Below, one piece after another: positions 52,454 through 64,000 of a stretch of DNA of 64,000 nt (its first letter is position 1; each line of letters starts with the position of its first letter). A program made the position numbers and the translations under genes. The stretch lies in the NCBI GenBank assembly GCA_963750165.1, contig CAVVPN010000003.1, forward strand, positions 672,001 through 736,000. Reading direction: 5' to 3'. The notes beneath the pieces are model-generated. The model had not been told where the DNA came from, did no database searches, and saw only the letters and a list, made by a program, of their open reading frames with translations. Source of the DNA: an uncultured Gemmataceae bacterium (GTDB taxonomy: Bacteria > Planctomycetota > Planctomycetia > Gemmatales > Gemmataceae).

Positions 52454-53533
52454 ATGAGACCCTATCGAGGATTGCTTGGGTTGGGAGCGCTGGCCCTGCT
52501 GGCCGCCACGGCCGGCCCGGCCGGCGCTGCCTGGAACAATGTGTTCCAGGTGACTTGCTGTAACTCCCGGCCGCGCGCCGCCATGTATGTGGCGCCCGTC
52601 GTTGTCCAGGCCTCGCCGGCCTGCTGCAACCCCTGTCCGCAGCCGGTCTGCACCACGCAGTACATCCAGCGCTGCTACTACCAGCCGGTCACGGTCATGC
52701 AGACCAAGACCTACTACGAGCCCGTGACCACCTACCGCACCAGCTACTACTACGAGCCGGTCACCAGCTACCGCTACAGCTGCTACTACGACCCGTGTAC
52801 GTGCCGTTACCAGCAGGTGGCCCAGCCGGTGACCTCGTACGCTCTGCGGTCGCAGTGCTGCCCCGTGCAGTCGTGGGTGCAGCGCTGCTGCTCAGTACCG
52901 GTGACCGTCATGCAGCAGCGCTCCTACTACGAGCCAGTGACCACCTGCAGCACCCCGTGCAGTCCGTGCAACCCGTGCGCTCAGGCGGCGGTCGCGGTGC
53001 CGCAGCAGCAGCCAGTGGTGCAGGTGCCGAACAACCAGGTGCCGAACAACCAGGTGCCGAACAACCAGGTGCCGATCAACGACTATTACCGCAGCCCGAA
53101 CGGCGGCACGACGCTGCAACCGCCGATCATCAAGGAACAGCAAGGTTCGCAGTCGTACAAGCGCGACTGGGGGACGGAACCGCCGCTGGCCAATCCGGGC
53201 CCCGGCACCTCGCTCAAGCAGCCGGCGCCGTACACGCCGCCGGCGGTCAAGCTTGAGCGCATCGCCTTCGCCACCGACGCGGCCGTCCAGGGTCAGGTGG
53301 TCAACAACGGCACGCAGGCACCGCGGGCCGGTGCCCAGGTGGTGTTCGTCCATGCGTCGCAACAGGGCAAGATGCAGTCGGTGACGGCGAACGCGGCGGG
53401 CCACTTCCAGGCGGACCTGGCGCCGGGCGGTTACCTCGTTTACGTCAACGACAACCAGGGCCTGCCGGTCTTCCACAGCCGCATTGACGTGGACGGCAAG
53501 CGGCCGGCGGTCATCAAGCTCGTCAGCCGTTGA
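52454..53533 (+). CDS. Exported Cys/Tyr/Thr-rich repeat protein with a C-terminal carboxypeptidase-regulatory-like domain
   Basis: Signal peptide; repeated YYEPVT units with CC pairs; QVPNN tandem repeat; GQVV...GAQV...ANAAGHF...PGGY. Confidence 0.75.
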   Translation: MRPYRGLLGLGALALLAATAGPAGAAWNNVFQVTCCNSRPRAAMYVAPVVVQASPACCNPCPQPVCTTQYIQRCYYQPVTVMQTKTYYEPVTTYRTSYYYEPVTSYRYSCYYDPCTCRYQQVAQPVTSYALRSQCCPVQSWVQRCCSVPVTVMQQRSYYEPVTTCSTPCSPCNPCAQAAVAVPQQQPVVQVPNNQVPNNQVPNNQVPINDYYRSPNGGTTLQPPIIKEQQGSQSYKRDWGTEPPLANPGPGTSLKQPAPYTPPAVKLERIAFATDAAVQGQVVNNGTQAPRAGAQVVFVHASQQGKMQSVTANAAGHFQADLAPGGYLVYVNDNQGLPVFHSRIDVDGKRPAVIKLVSR

Positions 53534-53542
53534 TACGAATCC

Positions 53543-53592
53543 GAGCCCGAGCGCCAGCGAGGGGCCCCTCGCTGGCGCTCGGGCTCCGACCC
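53543..53592. repeat. REP-like palindrome, GAGCCCGAGCGCCAGCG family
   Basis: gagcccgagcgccagcgaggggcccctcgctggcgctcgggctc, between convergent genes. Confidence 0.8.
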
Positions 53593-53607
53593 GCAATCTG
53601 CAATTCT

Positions 53608-54747
53608 TCAATACGGATACCAGATCAGCATGGTCTTGAGCAGCAGCAGGTGCAGGAACGCCAGCGCCGTCAGGTAACCCCAGGCGCTCAGGCTGCCCGG
53701 ATACCAGGGAAAGGTGAAAACGCCGTGGACCAGCGGCCAGCGCAGCCGCGACGGTGGCGTGCGCGGCGGCAAGGGCGGCTCCGGCGGCGTGCGGCGGCCA
53801 CGCGGCGATGGCCAGGTTTCGCCGACGGGCCGGCTGCCGTCCAGGGGCGTCGGCGGTGTCGTGCGTGGCCCACGCTCCTCGACCACGTCATAGCCCTCGC
53901 GCCGCCCCGGTGGCCGAGGACGCTCGTAGGATGGGCGGATCGGCTTTGGCCCGGCTGGCGCATCCAGGCCATAGGCGGTTGGCGGCGCCCACTCATCTTC
54001 AGGCTCGGCGGTGGCCGCGGCGGGCGCGTCGGCGAGCGGTTCCAGCTGCACTTCCAACGCCGGCTCCTCCACGGCCCAGGGATCGACGGCCCGGACCTTC
54101 ACTGGCCTGTTCCGTTCGCGGCGGCCACGACGGCGAGCTTCTTCAAGCGGCTTCTGGCCGATCAGCCAGGCGACGCGGCCCAGCAGCCGGGCGTCGATGA
54201 GTAGCACCGCCGCCAGCACCGGCGCCGCCAGCACCACGTACCACGGCCAGCCTTCCTGGGCCCGCATCGCCACCGTCCCCAGCCACGCCGCGCCGGCTGT
54301 CAGAGCGCCAGTGGCCAGGTACATCCACAGCGTTGCCGGCCAGCGGCGCAGCAGCCCGAGGACGACCGGTCCGTTCAGCAACTGCATCCAGCTCTGACCG
54401 CTGAGGCAGGACAGCAGGCTGACCGGCCAGACCAGCCAGAACAGGCCAGCCAGGACGACGCAGAACGTCGCGAAGTCCAGGCGCAACACCCCCGCCGTGA
54501 TCCCGGCCGCGATCGCCAACGGCATCAGCCAGATGGCGACCAGCCAGCCGAGGAACACGGACCGCCAGACCCAGTCCCAGATGGGCTCGTCCGGCCAGCT
54601 TACCTCGTCCGCGCCTGCGGCGGTGGCGTTCAGCGTCACCAACAGACAGTGGCCCAGGTAGGCGAGGAAATAGAGCAGGAACAGGCTGGCGCCCAGGGCG
54701 GCGAACATGAAGATGATGGCGGTGCCGAAGGCGCCTACGGTGCTCAT
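53608..54747 (-). CDS. Hypothetical multi-pass membrane protein
   Basis: About 6 hydrophobic helices, a Pro-rich loop and a C-terminal TM segment. Confidence 0.75.
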   Translation of the reverse strand: MSTVGAFGTAIIFMFAALGASLFLLYFLAYLGHCLLVTLNATAAGADEVSWPDEPIWDWVWRSVFLGWLVAIWLMPLAIAAGITAGVLRLDFATFCVVLAGLFWLVWPVSLLSCLSGQSWMQLLNGPVVLGLLRRWPATLWMYLATGALTAGAAWLGTVAMRAQEGWPWYVVLAAPVLAAVLLIDARLLGRVAWLIGQKPLEEARRRGRRERNRPVKVRAVDPWAVEEPALEVQLEPLADAPAAATAEPEDEWAPPTAYGLDAPAGPKPIRPSYERPRPPGRREGYDVVEERGPRTTPPTPLDGSRPVGETWPSPRGRRTPPEPPLPPRTPPSRLRWPLVHGVFTFPWYPGSLSAWGYLTALAFLHLLLLKTMLIWYPY

Positions 54748-54767
54748 GGGACTGAACCTCCAGCGCT

Positions 54768-54925
54768 GTCAGGCAGACTGGAACGGACTGGACGCCTGGC
54801 GTCCACCCCGCCGCGCCCAGGTCTTGCCCGGACTGAGAGTGTACCCCACCCGCCGCGGTGGACACCAGCCCTCCCGCCGCCGCGGCCCCAGCGCCCCGCG
54901 CCGCCTCGGTCCAGTGGACGTTCAT
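54768..54925 (-). pseudogene. Decayed RelE/ParE-family toxin remnant
   Basis: MNVHWTEAA start overlaps the upstream stop (ATGA); the rest is degenerate or deleted. Confidence 0.5.
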
Positions 54926-55116
54926 GGCGACCCCAGGCCGAAGCGCCGGCGAGCCTCCGCCACGGGAACGGTTCGACCTGCGCGCGAAGCTTTCAGCCCG
55001 GCTTCGATGGCCTGGCGGACGTAAATCTCATACTGCAAATCTTCCCAGGTGGCGTCCTCCGCCAGGCGCTCAACCAGGCGGCGGGCTTCTTCTGTAATGG
55101 TCGGAGCGGATATCAA
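54922..55116 (-). CDS. Small putative antitoxin
   Basis: EEARRLVERLAEDATWEDLQYEIYVRQAIEAGL...GRTVP..EARRRFG resembles small proteins found upstream of ParE toxins; start uncertain. Confidence 0.7.
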   Translation of the reverse strand: MISAPTITEEARRLVERLAEDATWEDLQYEIYVRQAIEAGLKASRAGRTVPVAEARRRFGLGSP

Positions 55117-55235
55117 TCGTCTCCGATCCCACAAGGGCGCGTCTCTTACACCGCACCGACTATACCAAAATCGCCCGCAAAAAACCAGAAACGGGAAAGG
55201 CCGCGCCCCGCCCCTGGGCTGAGGCGGCTTCAGAT

Positions 55236-55490
55236 TTACCTTTTCCCCAGCAGGGCATCCAGTTGCTCCGGAGTCGCCACCCCGTCCGCGAATCGCTCCA
55301 CTACCGCCGCCGCTTCCCGGGCACCGTGCCCCAGCAGCAGATGTCGGGCTCGGCCAGCGCAAGCGCAGAGGAACAGGCGGAACTTACGCACGCTGGCCTG
55401 GTATCGCCCCCAGGTGAGCATGTTCTTCAAATCCGCGCTGACGTACCATCCAAGCTTGGTCATCGGAGCACCAAAGGCACTCTTTTCCAA
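55236..55490 (-). pseudogene. Truncated member of the Gemmataceae-type 'RKLRLFACAC' paralog family
   Basis: SVRKFRLFLCACAGRARHLL...AAAVVERFADGVATPEQL ends abruptly. Confidence 0.45.
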
Positions 55491-55499
55491 GGATTGTGG

Positions 55500-57279
<1,780 letters not shown>

Positions 57280-57350
57280 CGCGCATCCTCCGGCACGAGG
57301 AATCAGGGCACCGGGGAGCAACGCGGCTGGACGGACGGACGGGTGTCGAG

Positions 57351-57430
57351 TCGCTTCCCTACGCCGGTATGAACCGGATCAGGTTCTCAGGGTCTGCTCT
57401 CAGTCCGCGGCTCGCGGACACCCCTAGCGA
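57351..57430 (-). ncRNA. TPP riboswitch (THI element)
   Basis: Minus strand GCTAGGGGTG...CTGAGA...ACCCTGAGAACCTGATCCGGTTCATACCGGCGTAGGGAAGC, upstream of thiC. Confidence 0.93.
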
Positions 57431-57610
57431 ACGTCGGGTATTGTAGCCGCCCTGGAGGGGGTGACAAGTGCTGAGGGTGCGAGGGGGTGAAAGAGCAGTT
57501 GTCTTTCACCCCCTCACCCCTTCACCCCCTCATTTTCTGAGTTGCGAACCGCGCGGCGGCGCGTTCCAATGGAGACATCAACCCGGATGATTTTCAGGAG
57601 GCTGCAACCC

Positions 57611-58915
57611 ATGGGATGCGACATGCTGGTAGCCCTCGGACCGGCCACGTCCGACGGCCGCACACACTTCGGTCTTAACAGTCACCACCACGCCCGGCAA
57701 CCGCAGACGTTGCGCCGCAGCCCCGGACGGGCCTTCGCCCCCGGCGAGGTCGTCCGCACCTCCGCCCTGGAACTGCCGCAGGGCCGCCAGACCTGCTCCG
57801 TCCTCGCCAGCGGCCTCGACAACCGCTGGGGCTACGAGCAGGGCGTCAACGAACATCACCTGGCCGTCGGCTACGCCAACTGGCACAGTCTCCTGGCCAC
57901 CACGCAATCGACTCTCCTCGCCAGCGACCTGGTGCGTCTGGCCCTGGAGCGCTGTCACAGCGCCCGCCAGGCACTCGACCTGCTCTGCGACCTGCTGACA
58001 CGCCACGGCCACAGTGTCGCGCTGCCGCACGGCGGCGACGCCGTGTTTCTGCTGGCCGACCCCGACGAGGCGTTCGTCCTCGAAGCCGCCGGCCCCGCCT
58101 GGGCCTATCAGGAAATCCGGCAGGTCCGCGCCGTCAGCGACGTCAGCGTCATCCGCCAGGACTGGGACCGCATCAACCGCGGCCTGGCTGACGAAGTGAC
58201 GCAGCGCAACTGGTGGCAGTGCGACGGCAGCAAGCTCGACTTCTCCGGCACCCTGAGCATTTACCCCACCGGCCGCGCCTCCGCCCTGCGCCGCTGGGGC
58301 CGGCTCACGTACCTGCTCGAACAGCAGAGCGGCAGCATCGACAACGGTTTCGTGCGCCGCGTCCTCGGCGACCACTACGAGGGCGCCCGCTACGAGTTCG
58401 ACCCGGTCACCGGTAGCGGCGCGGCCACGCCGCTGTGCCGCCACGCCTCGGCCGCGGCGCCGCTCGGCACCGTCGCCAGCTTCGCCGTGACGCTGCACCG
58501 CACGGCAGCCGTGACCCTGGCCTGGTGCGCCTTCGGGCCGCCCTGCGTCAGCGTCTACTTCCCCGTCTTCCTCGAAGGCGAACTGCCCGAGGCGCTGTCC
58601 ACCGGCGGGCCGGAAGGGCTCGGCGACAGCGTGTGGTGGCTCACGCGCCGGCTGCTCGACACGCTCGACACTGCCCCGCGCTGCTGGTCGCAGGTGCGCG
58701 ACGTGCTCGGCCAGTTGCAGGCACGCTTCGAGCAGGAGGCCGAGGATTTTCTGGCTGAGACCCCGGCCCTGAAGCAGCAAGGGGAAGCTGTCCTGGCCCG
58801 CCAGGCGTACCTGTTGATGCAGGGCCACGTCGAGCGCTACGAGGAAGCGGTGCGGACGCTGACCGCGCCGGCGCGGGCGTTCGCGCTGTCGGCGGGCGCG
58901 GCGGTCCAGCCGTGA
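57611..58915 (+). CDS. Peptidase C69 / secernin-like dipeptidase (Ntn hydrolase)
   Basis: MGCDMLVA N-terminal Cys, WGYEQGVNEH, DLVRLALER, FLLAD..EAFVLE, PCVSVYFP. Confidence 0.82.
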   Translation: MGCDMLVALGPATSDGRTHFGLNSHHHARQPQTLRRSPGRAFAPGEVVRTSALELPQGRQTCSVLASGLDNRWGYEQGVNEHHLAVGYANWHSLLATTQSTLLASDLVRLALERCHSARQALDLLCDLLTRHGHSVALPHGGDAVFLLADPDEAFVLEAAGPAWAYQEIRQVRAVSDVSVIRQDWDRINRGLADEVTQRNWWQCDGSKLDFSGTLSIYPTGRASALRRWGRLTYLLEQQSGSIDNGFVRRVLGDHYEGARYEFDPVTGSGAATPLCRHASAAAPLGTVASFAVTLHRTAAVTLAWCAFGPPCVSVYFPVFLEGELPEALSTGGPEGLGDSVWWLTRRLLDTLDTAPRCWSQVRDVLGQLQARFEQEAEDFLAETPALKQQGEAVLARQAYLLMQGHVERYEEAVRTLTAPARAFALSAGAAVQP

Positions 58916-58931
58916 GCCTGGTGCTGCCCGA

Positions 58932-58983
58932 GGGGCCGACATTCCTGTCTGCCAGGTGTTCGGCAGACAGGAATGTCGGCCCC
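58932..58983. repeat. REP-like palindrome
   Basis: ggggccgacattcctgtctgcc-aggtgttc-ggcagacaggaatgtcggcccc. Confidence 0.8.
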
Positions 58984-59224
58984 TCGGGAAGCGGCAGAGA
59001 TGGACCCTTTTTTAATCGAAAAATCGCAGTCCTGTGGCCGGAACCTTACCGGCGCTGTATGGTTTGATCTTGTACCTGCTGCATTCGGCAAGAACACTCG
59101 CAGCCCAGACGCCCACGATCTGCGGCATTCGTTTTGCTTGATGTTCGACATCCCCTGGCAAACATCCCAACAGCGGGTTGGGAAGTGTTCGTAGAGTTGT
59201 GGTTTGGGAGCACAAGGAGCACCC

Positions 59225-59585
59225 ATGCGCAAGTTCGTGTGTGCGGCAACGGTCGTCCTGCTGGCCCTCGTCATTGCGAAGGCCGAAGAGTTCAACGCCA
59301 CGATCATCAAGGTGGATGGCAGCAAGGTGACCGTCAAGAAGGGCAAGAAGGGCGGCGCAGAAGGAAGAGACCTACACGGCCGCGAAGGACGTGAAGGTCA
59401 ACAAGGGCAAATTCAAGAAGGGCGAGAAGCCCGAAGTCGGCGCCGCCATCGCCGATGGCCTGTCGAACGAGATGTTCAAGACGATCCCCGAAAAGGGCGT
59501 TGGCGCCGTCATCACCACCAACGACAAAGGCGAGATCACCCAGATCCTCGTGAAGGGCGGCAAGAAGAAAGCCGCGGGCAACTGA
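59225..59585 (+). CDS. Small exported Lys-rich hypothetical protein; frameshift near 59358
   Basis: Signal peptide plus AEEFNATIIKVDG in one frame; KDVKVNKGKF...ITQILV in the next. Confidence 0.65.
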
Positions 59586-59886
59586 CCCCAGCTGGCCATT
59601 ACATTCTCCCCCAAGCCTGCCGTCGCGCTCCGGCGCGACGGCAGGCCGTCGGGCACACTCCTGCCAACACCCGCGCACGCCGCTTCCGAAAAAAATCTTG
59701 AAACTTTCTGCTTGCCTTCCGCTTCACGACTGCGTTAATATTTTTTTAACCCAGGCAGGTAAGCATCCGACCGGCAGGAAACATTCCGCTTTCGGCCCGC
59801 GACCGGTAACCCGCCACAACACCCCGCCTGCTTTGCGCTGCTTCCGACCACCGCGGAGGTGAGCCGCACTCTGGAGGATTGAGCCA

Positions 59887-62291
59887 ATGTTCGCTGCCAA
59901 CGTCCGTCTCCTGGTCCTCGCCGCGCTGTGCGCGCTGCTCGGCCCGGCTGCCACGCGGGCCCGCGCCGACGTACAACTTCCGGGGAACGCCAAGCTCGGA
60001 GCGGTCGATTTCGAGCGGCACGTCATGGGCCTGTTCGGCCGCATGGGCTGCAACGCCGGCTCGTGTCACGGCTCCTTTCAGGGCAAGGGCGGCTTCCGTT
60101 TGTCGCTGTTCGGCTACGAGCCGGAGCGCGACTATTACGCCTTGACCCGCGAATACCTCGGCCGCCGCGTCAACCCGACAGACCCCGATCAGAGCCTGCT
60201 GCTGCTCAAGGCCACCGGCCAGGTCAAGCACGAGGGCGGCGTTCGCTTCGCGAAGGGCTCCTGGCAATATCAGGTGTTTCGGCAATGGATCGCCGCCGGC
60301 GCGCACTGGCGGCAGAGCAGCGGCGCCGTGCGGGCCGTGCGCGTCACGCCGCCGGAGCTGCCGTTCAAGAAGGCCGGCGCGGAAGTGCAGGTGCGCGTCA
60401 CCGCCACCTTCGCCGACGGCAGCGAACAGGACATCACCTGCTTCTGCGACTTCCGCATCAACGACGACGCCGTTGCCGAGGTCAGCAACCTGGGCCTGGT
60501 CAGGTCGGCCAAGGCCGGCTCGACCGCCGTCATCGTCACCTACCGCGGCACCGTGATTCCCGTCCACGTGCTGGTGCCGATGCAGCTGCCGCCGAATTTC
60601 GTCTACCCGAAGGTGCCGGAAAACAACTACATCGATCGCGCCGTCTTCGCCCGGCTGAAGTCGCTCAACATGGTCCCCTCGGACCTGGCCGACGACGCCG
60701 AATTTTTGCGGCGCGTCACCATCGACACCATCGGCTGCCTGCCGAGCCCCGCTGAGGTCCGCAGCTTCCTGGCGAACAAGGACCCGAACAAACGCGCCCG
60801 CAAGATCGACGAACTGCTCAACCATCCGCTGCACTCGGCCCTGTGGGCGACCAAGTTCTGCGACATCACCGGCAACAACACGCTGGCGCTGGAGCAGCCG
60901 GTGCAGCTCAAGGCCAAGCGCAGCCAGCAGTGGCACGAGTGGTTCCGCAAGCGCCTCGCGGACAACATGCCGTATGACGAGATCGTCCGCAACGTACTGA
61001 CCGCCACCAGCCGCGAGGGCCGCGAGCCGGCGGTCTGGCTGACGCGTCTCAAGGAGATCGATGCCGGTATCGAAACGGGTTACGAGGCCGACCGCTACGC
61101 GGAGCGGCAGACGCTGGACCTGTTCTGGCGGCGGCAGCAGAATGTGGCCATTGAGCAGTGGGGCGAGAAGACGGCGGCGGCGTTCCTGGGCGTGCGTCTG
61201 GAATGTGCCCAGTGCCACAAGCACCCGTTCGACCGCTGGACGCAGGCCGAGTATCGCGCGTACGCCAACGTCTTCAGCCAGGTGTCCTTCGGCATCTCGC
61301 CGGAGTCGAAGAAGGCCATCGACCAGGAGAACAAGGAACGGCGGGCGAAGACCACCAAGGGTAATCAACTCAACCTGGTCAAGGAAGTCTTCGTCAAGGC
61401 CTCCCCGAACAAGCTGCTGCCACATCCGGACACGGGCAAGTATCTCGGCGCTGCGCGCTGGGGGGCCCGGAAATCAAGTTGGAGAAGGGCACGGACCCGC
61501 GCGTCGTGCTGTTCGAGTGGATGCGGTCGCGCGACAACCCATTCTTCGCCCGCAGCTTCGTCAATCGCATCTGGGGCCATTACTTCGGCGTTGGCATCGT
61601 CCATCCGGTGGACGACTTCTCGCTGGGCAATCCCGCCAGCAATGACAAGTTGCTGGACGCACTGGCCCAGGACTTCATCGACAGCAAGTTCGACATCCGC
61701 GCCATGGAGCGCAAGATGTTGAACTCGCGGACCTATCAACTGTCGTCGAAAACCAACGCGACCAACAAGTTCGACAAGAACAATTACGCTCACAGTTATG
61801 TGCGGCCCATGATGGCCGAGGCGGTCGTGGACGTGCTCAACTCGGCGCTGGGGGCCACGGAGAAATATGGTCCCGAGATCAAGCCCGGCAGCAAGGCGGT
61901 GGAGGTCGGCGCCAGCCAGCTGCAAAACGGTCAAAATCAGGGCGTGAACTACGCTTTCCGCATCTTCGGCCGGCCGCCGCGCACTGCCGCCTGCGACTGC
62001 GAACGGGCCATGGACCCGGCACTGCCGCAGAAGCTGTATCTGATGACCGACAAGGCCGTGCTCGACAAGATCAGCGCCCCCACTGGACGGCTGCAAACGC
62101 TGCTCAAGAGCAAGCTGACCGACGAGCAGATTCTGGACGAACTGTTCCTGGCGACGCTGTCGCGGCTGCCCAACGCGGGTGACCGCGAGTTGTTCAGCGA
62201 ATACAAGGCGCAGGCGCGCAGCCGTACCGCTCTGTTCAACGATGTGGTGTGGGCACTGATTAACACGCGGGAATTTATTTTGAATCATTGA
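59887..62291 (+). CDS. DUF1549/DUF1553 (PSD1-type) protein with Ig-like domain; frameshift near 61453
   Basis: GCNAGSCHG, NYIDR, FLRRVTID, CAQCHKHP; then NPFFARSFVNRIW...LINTREFILNH in the shifted frame. Confidence 0.9.
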
Positions 62292-62356
62292 GAATTCTGC
62301 GACACTGGAGCTGTAGCCGAAGTCGTGAGACTTCGGACGAGATGGAGAGCAACCTT

Positions 62357-62479
62357 GTTGTGGCTTGGTCTCCGGACCAAGCCACGGAACCTGACCGAAG
62401 GTCTCCCAAATGCTTGTGGTTCAGAAAAGGAGACCTTCGGTCGAAGCCGGTGGCACGGTCAGGAGACCGTGCCACAACG
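62357..62479. repeat. Composite palindromic REP-like element
   Basis: gtggcttggtctccggaccaagccac...gaccgaaggtctcc / ggagaccttcggtc...gtggcacggtcaggagaccgtgccacaac; half-copy at about 18878-18909. Confidence 0.75.
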
Positions 62480-62594
62480 AGGAGAGCGTGCCATAACGTG
62501 AATTCAGCTATCCAAAGCATCAAACGCTGCCCGCCTGACCGCCCCGGCAGGTGGACAACCAAGGGGGGATGACCGGGGCACAAGGGACACTCAC

Positions 62595-63952
62595 ATGGCT
62601 AACTTCAGCAAGACGGACTGCGAAGGGTTCGCACGGCGCGACTTCCTCAAGATCGGCGCGGCCGGCCTGTTTGGGCTGAGCCTGCCGCAACTGCTGCAAC
62701 TGGAGGCCCGGGCGCAGGCCCAGGGCGGCACCACGCCGCGCGCGGCCGCGGCGCTGGCGCTACCTCGGTCATCATGGTCTGGCTCGCGGGCGGTCCCGCC
62801 ACCATTGACATGTGGGATGTCAAGCGGAACGCTCCTGAAAACATCCGCGGCGAGTTCCAGGAGATCAACACCAGCGCCCAGGGCGTCCGCATCAGCGAAC
62901 ACCTGCCGCGCATGGCCCAGGTGGCGGACAAATGCACCATCGTGCGTTCGCTGCACCACACGATCCCGGCGCACGGCCCGGCCACGGTGTTCATGACCAC
63001 CGGCAACCGGCCGACGCCCGCGCTGCAGTACCCGGCGCTCGGCTCGCTGGCCATGCGGTTGCTGCCGGCCGCTCGAGGTGTGCCGCCCTACGTCACCTTC
63101 AACGAGCTGCGTAACGGCTCCGCCGGCCAGGCGGGCTACCTCGGCACCTCGTACAACCCGTTCATCATCGAGGGCGCTGGCAACGCCAATGCTCGCAACG
63201 CCACGGCCGCCAACCTGCGCGTGCGCGGCATCACGCTGCCGACCGGCTTCACGCTGGACGACCTGGAGAACCGGGATCGGCTGCTGCAGGGCTTCGACCG
63301 CGGCTTCCAGGCGGTGGACCGCAACGCCGACCTGGTGGACGGCCTGGACACCTTCCACCGTCAGGCGCTGGACATCCTGCGTTCGGATCGCACCCGTACC
63401 GCCTTCAACCTGAATCAGGAGACGGATACGCTGCGGCAGCGCTACGGCATGTCGGCGTTCGGTCAGGGCGCGCTGGCGGCGCGGCGGCTGGTGCAGGCGG
63501 GCGTCCGCTTCGTGACGCTGTCCATCGGCGGCTGGGATACGCACAACCAGAACTTCAACGCCCTGCGCACCCGGTTGCTGCCGCAGCTCGATCAGACGCT
63601 GTCGGCGCTGATTCAGGACCTGAGCGACCGCGGTCTGCTGGACAGCACCATCGTCTACTGCGCCGGCGAGTTCGGCCGGACACCGCGCATCAACCAGCGC
63701 GTGGGCCGCGACCACTGGGCGCGGTCGATGGCGGTCGTGCTGGCGGGCGGCGGTTTCAAGCGCGGCTACGCCCACGGCAGCACCGACGTTCAGGGCATGG
63801 CCCCGGCCACCGAGCCCTGCACGCCGGATGACGTGGCCAGCACCATTTTCAACAACCTGGGCATCAACCCGAGCACGGAACTGCAAACGCCGACCGGCCG
63901 CCCGGTCCAGTTGTTCCGCGAGGGCCGCGTGGTGCAGCGACTGCTGGCGTAA
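62595..63952 (+). CDS. DUF1501 domain protein; frameshift near 62740
   Basis: RRDFLKIG twin-Arg-like motif; WLAGGPATIDMWD, ARRLVQAGVRFV, GWDTH, GEFGRTP, GRDHW. Confidence 0.9.
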
Positions 63953-64000
63953 TCGCTCCCTGGCAAAGGTTTCCTTTCGCAACAAAGCACCCCTGCCCCG

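Noticed and set aside
53021..53075. 15-bp tandem repeat as a non-coding array
   Set aside because: In-frame coding repeat (QVPNN) inside a CDS
58973..59215. Short ORFs in the intergenic region
   Set aside because: No motifs or RBS, atypical composition; more likely a promoter region

Overview
GC-rich bacterial chromosome segment. Its gene repertoire points to a Planctomycete, probably Gemmataceae-like (inference): two DUF1501 genes, a DUF1549/DUF1553 gene, a PVC-type CxxCH heme protein, an ECF sigma factor with a long C-terminal extension, and many palindromic intergenic repeats. Housekeeping genes include the ftsH 3' end, a moeA fusion, glpK, carA, dapA, sodA, system II cytochrome c maturation genes, aguA, a plsY fusion, cdd, thiC with a TPP riboswitch, and tRNA-Cys. 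Accessory loci of note: (1) a Ser/Thr kinase fused to a tubulin/FtsZ-like domain; (2) a PilZ gene plus two tail-to-tail paralogous sigma54 activators (one without a receiver domain, one with a pseudo-receiver) separated by a 43-bp-arm hairpin; (3) an unknown membrane protein between the TPP riboswitch and thiC; (4) an AlpA-like remnant interrupted by a MITE-like element next to tRNA-Cys; (5) two toxin-antitoxin loci with damaged toxins; (6) a PEP-CTERM gene. At least seven otherwise intact genes carry 1-2 bp frameshifts in GC runs, which suggests long-read assembly errors. No CRISPR array, rRNA or transposase was seen. All calls come from motif recognition by eye; no database searches were run.
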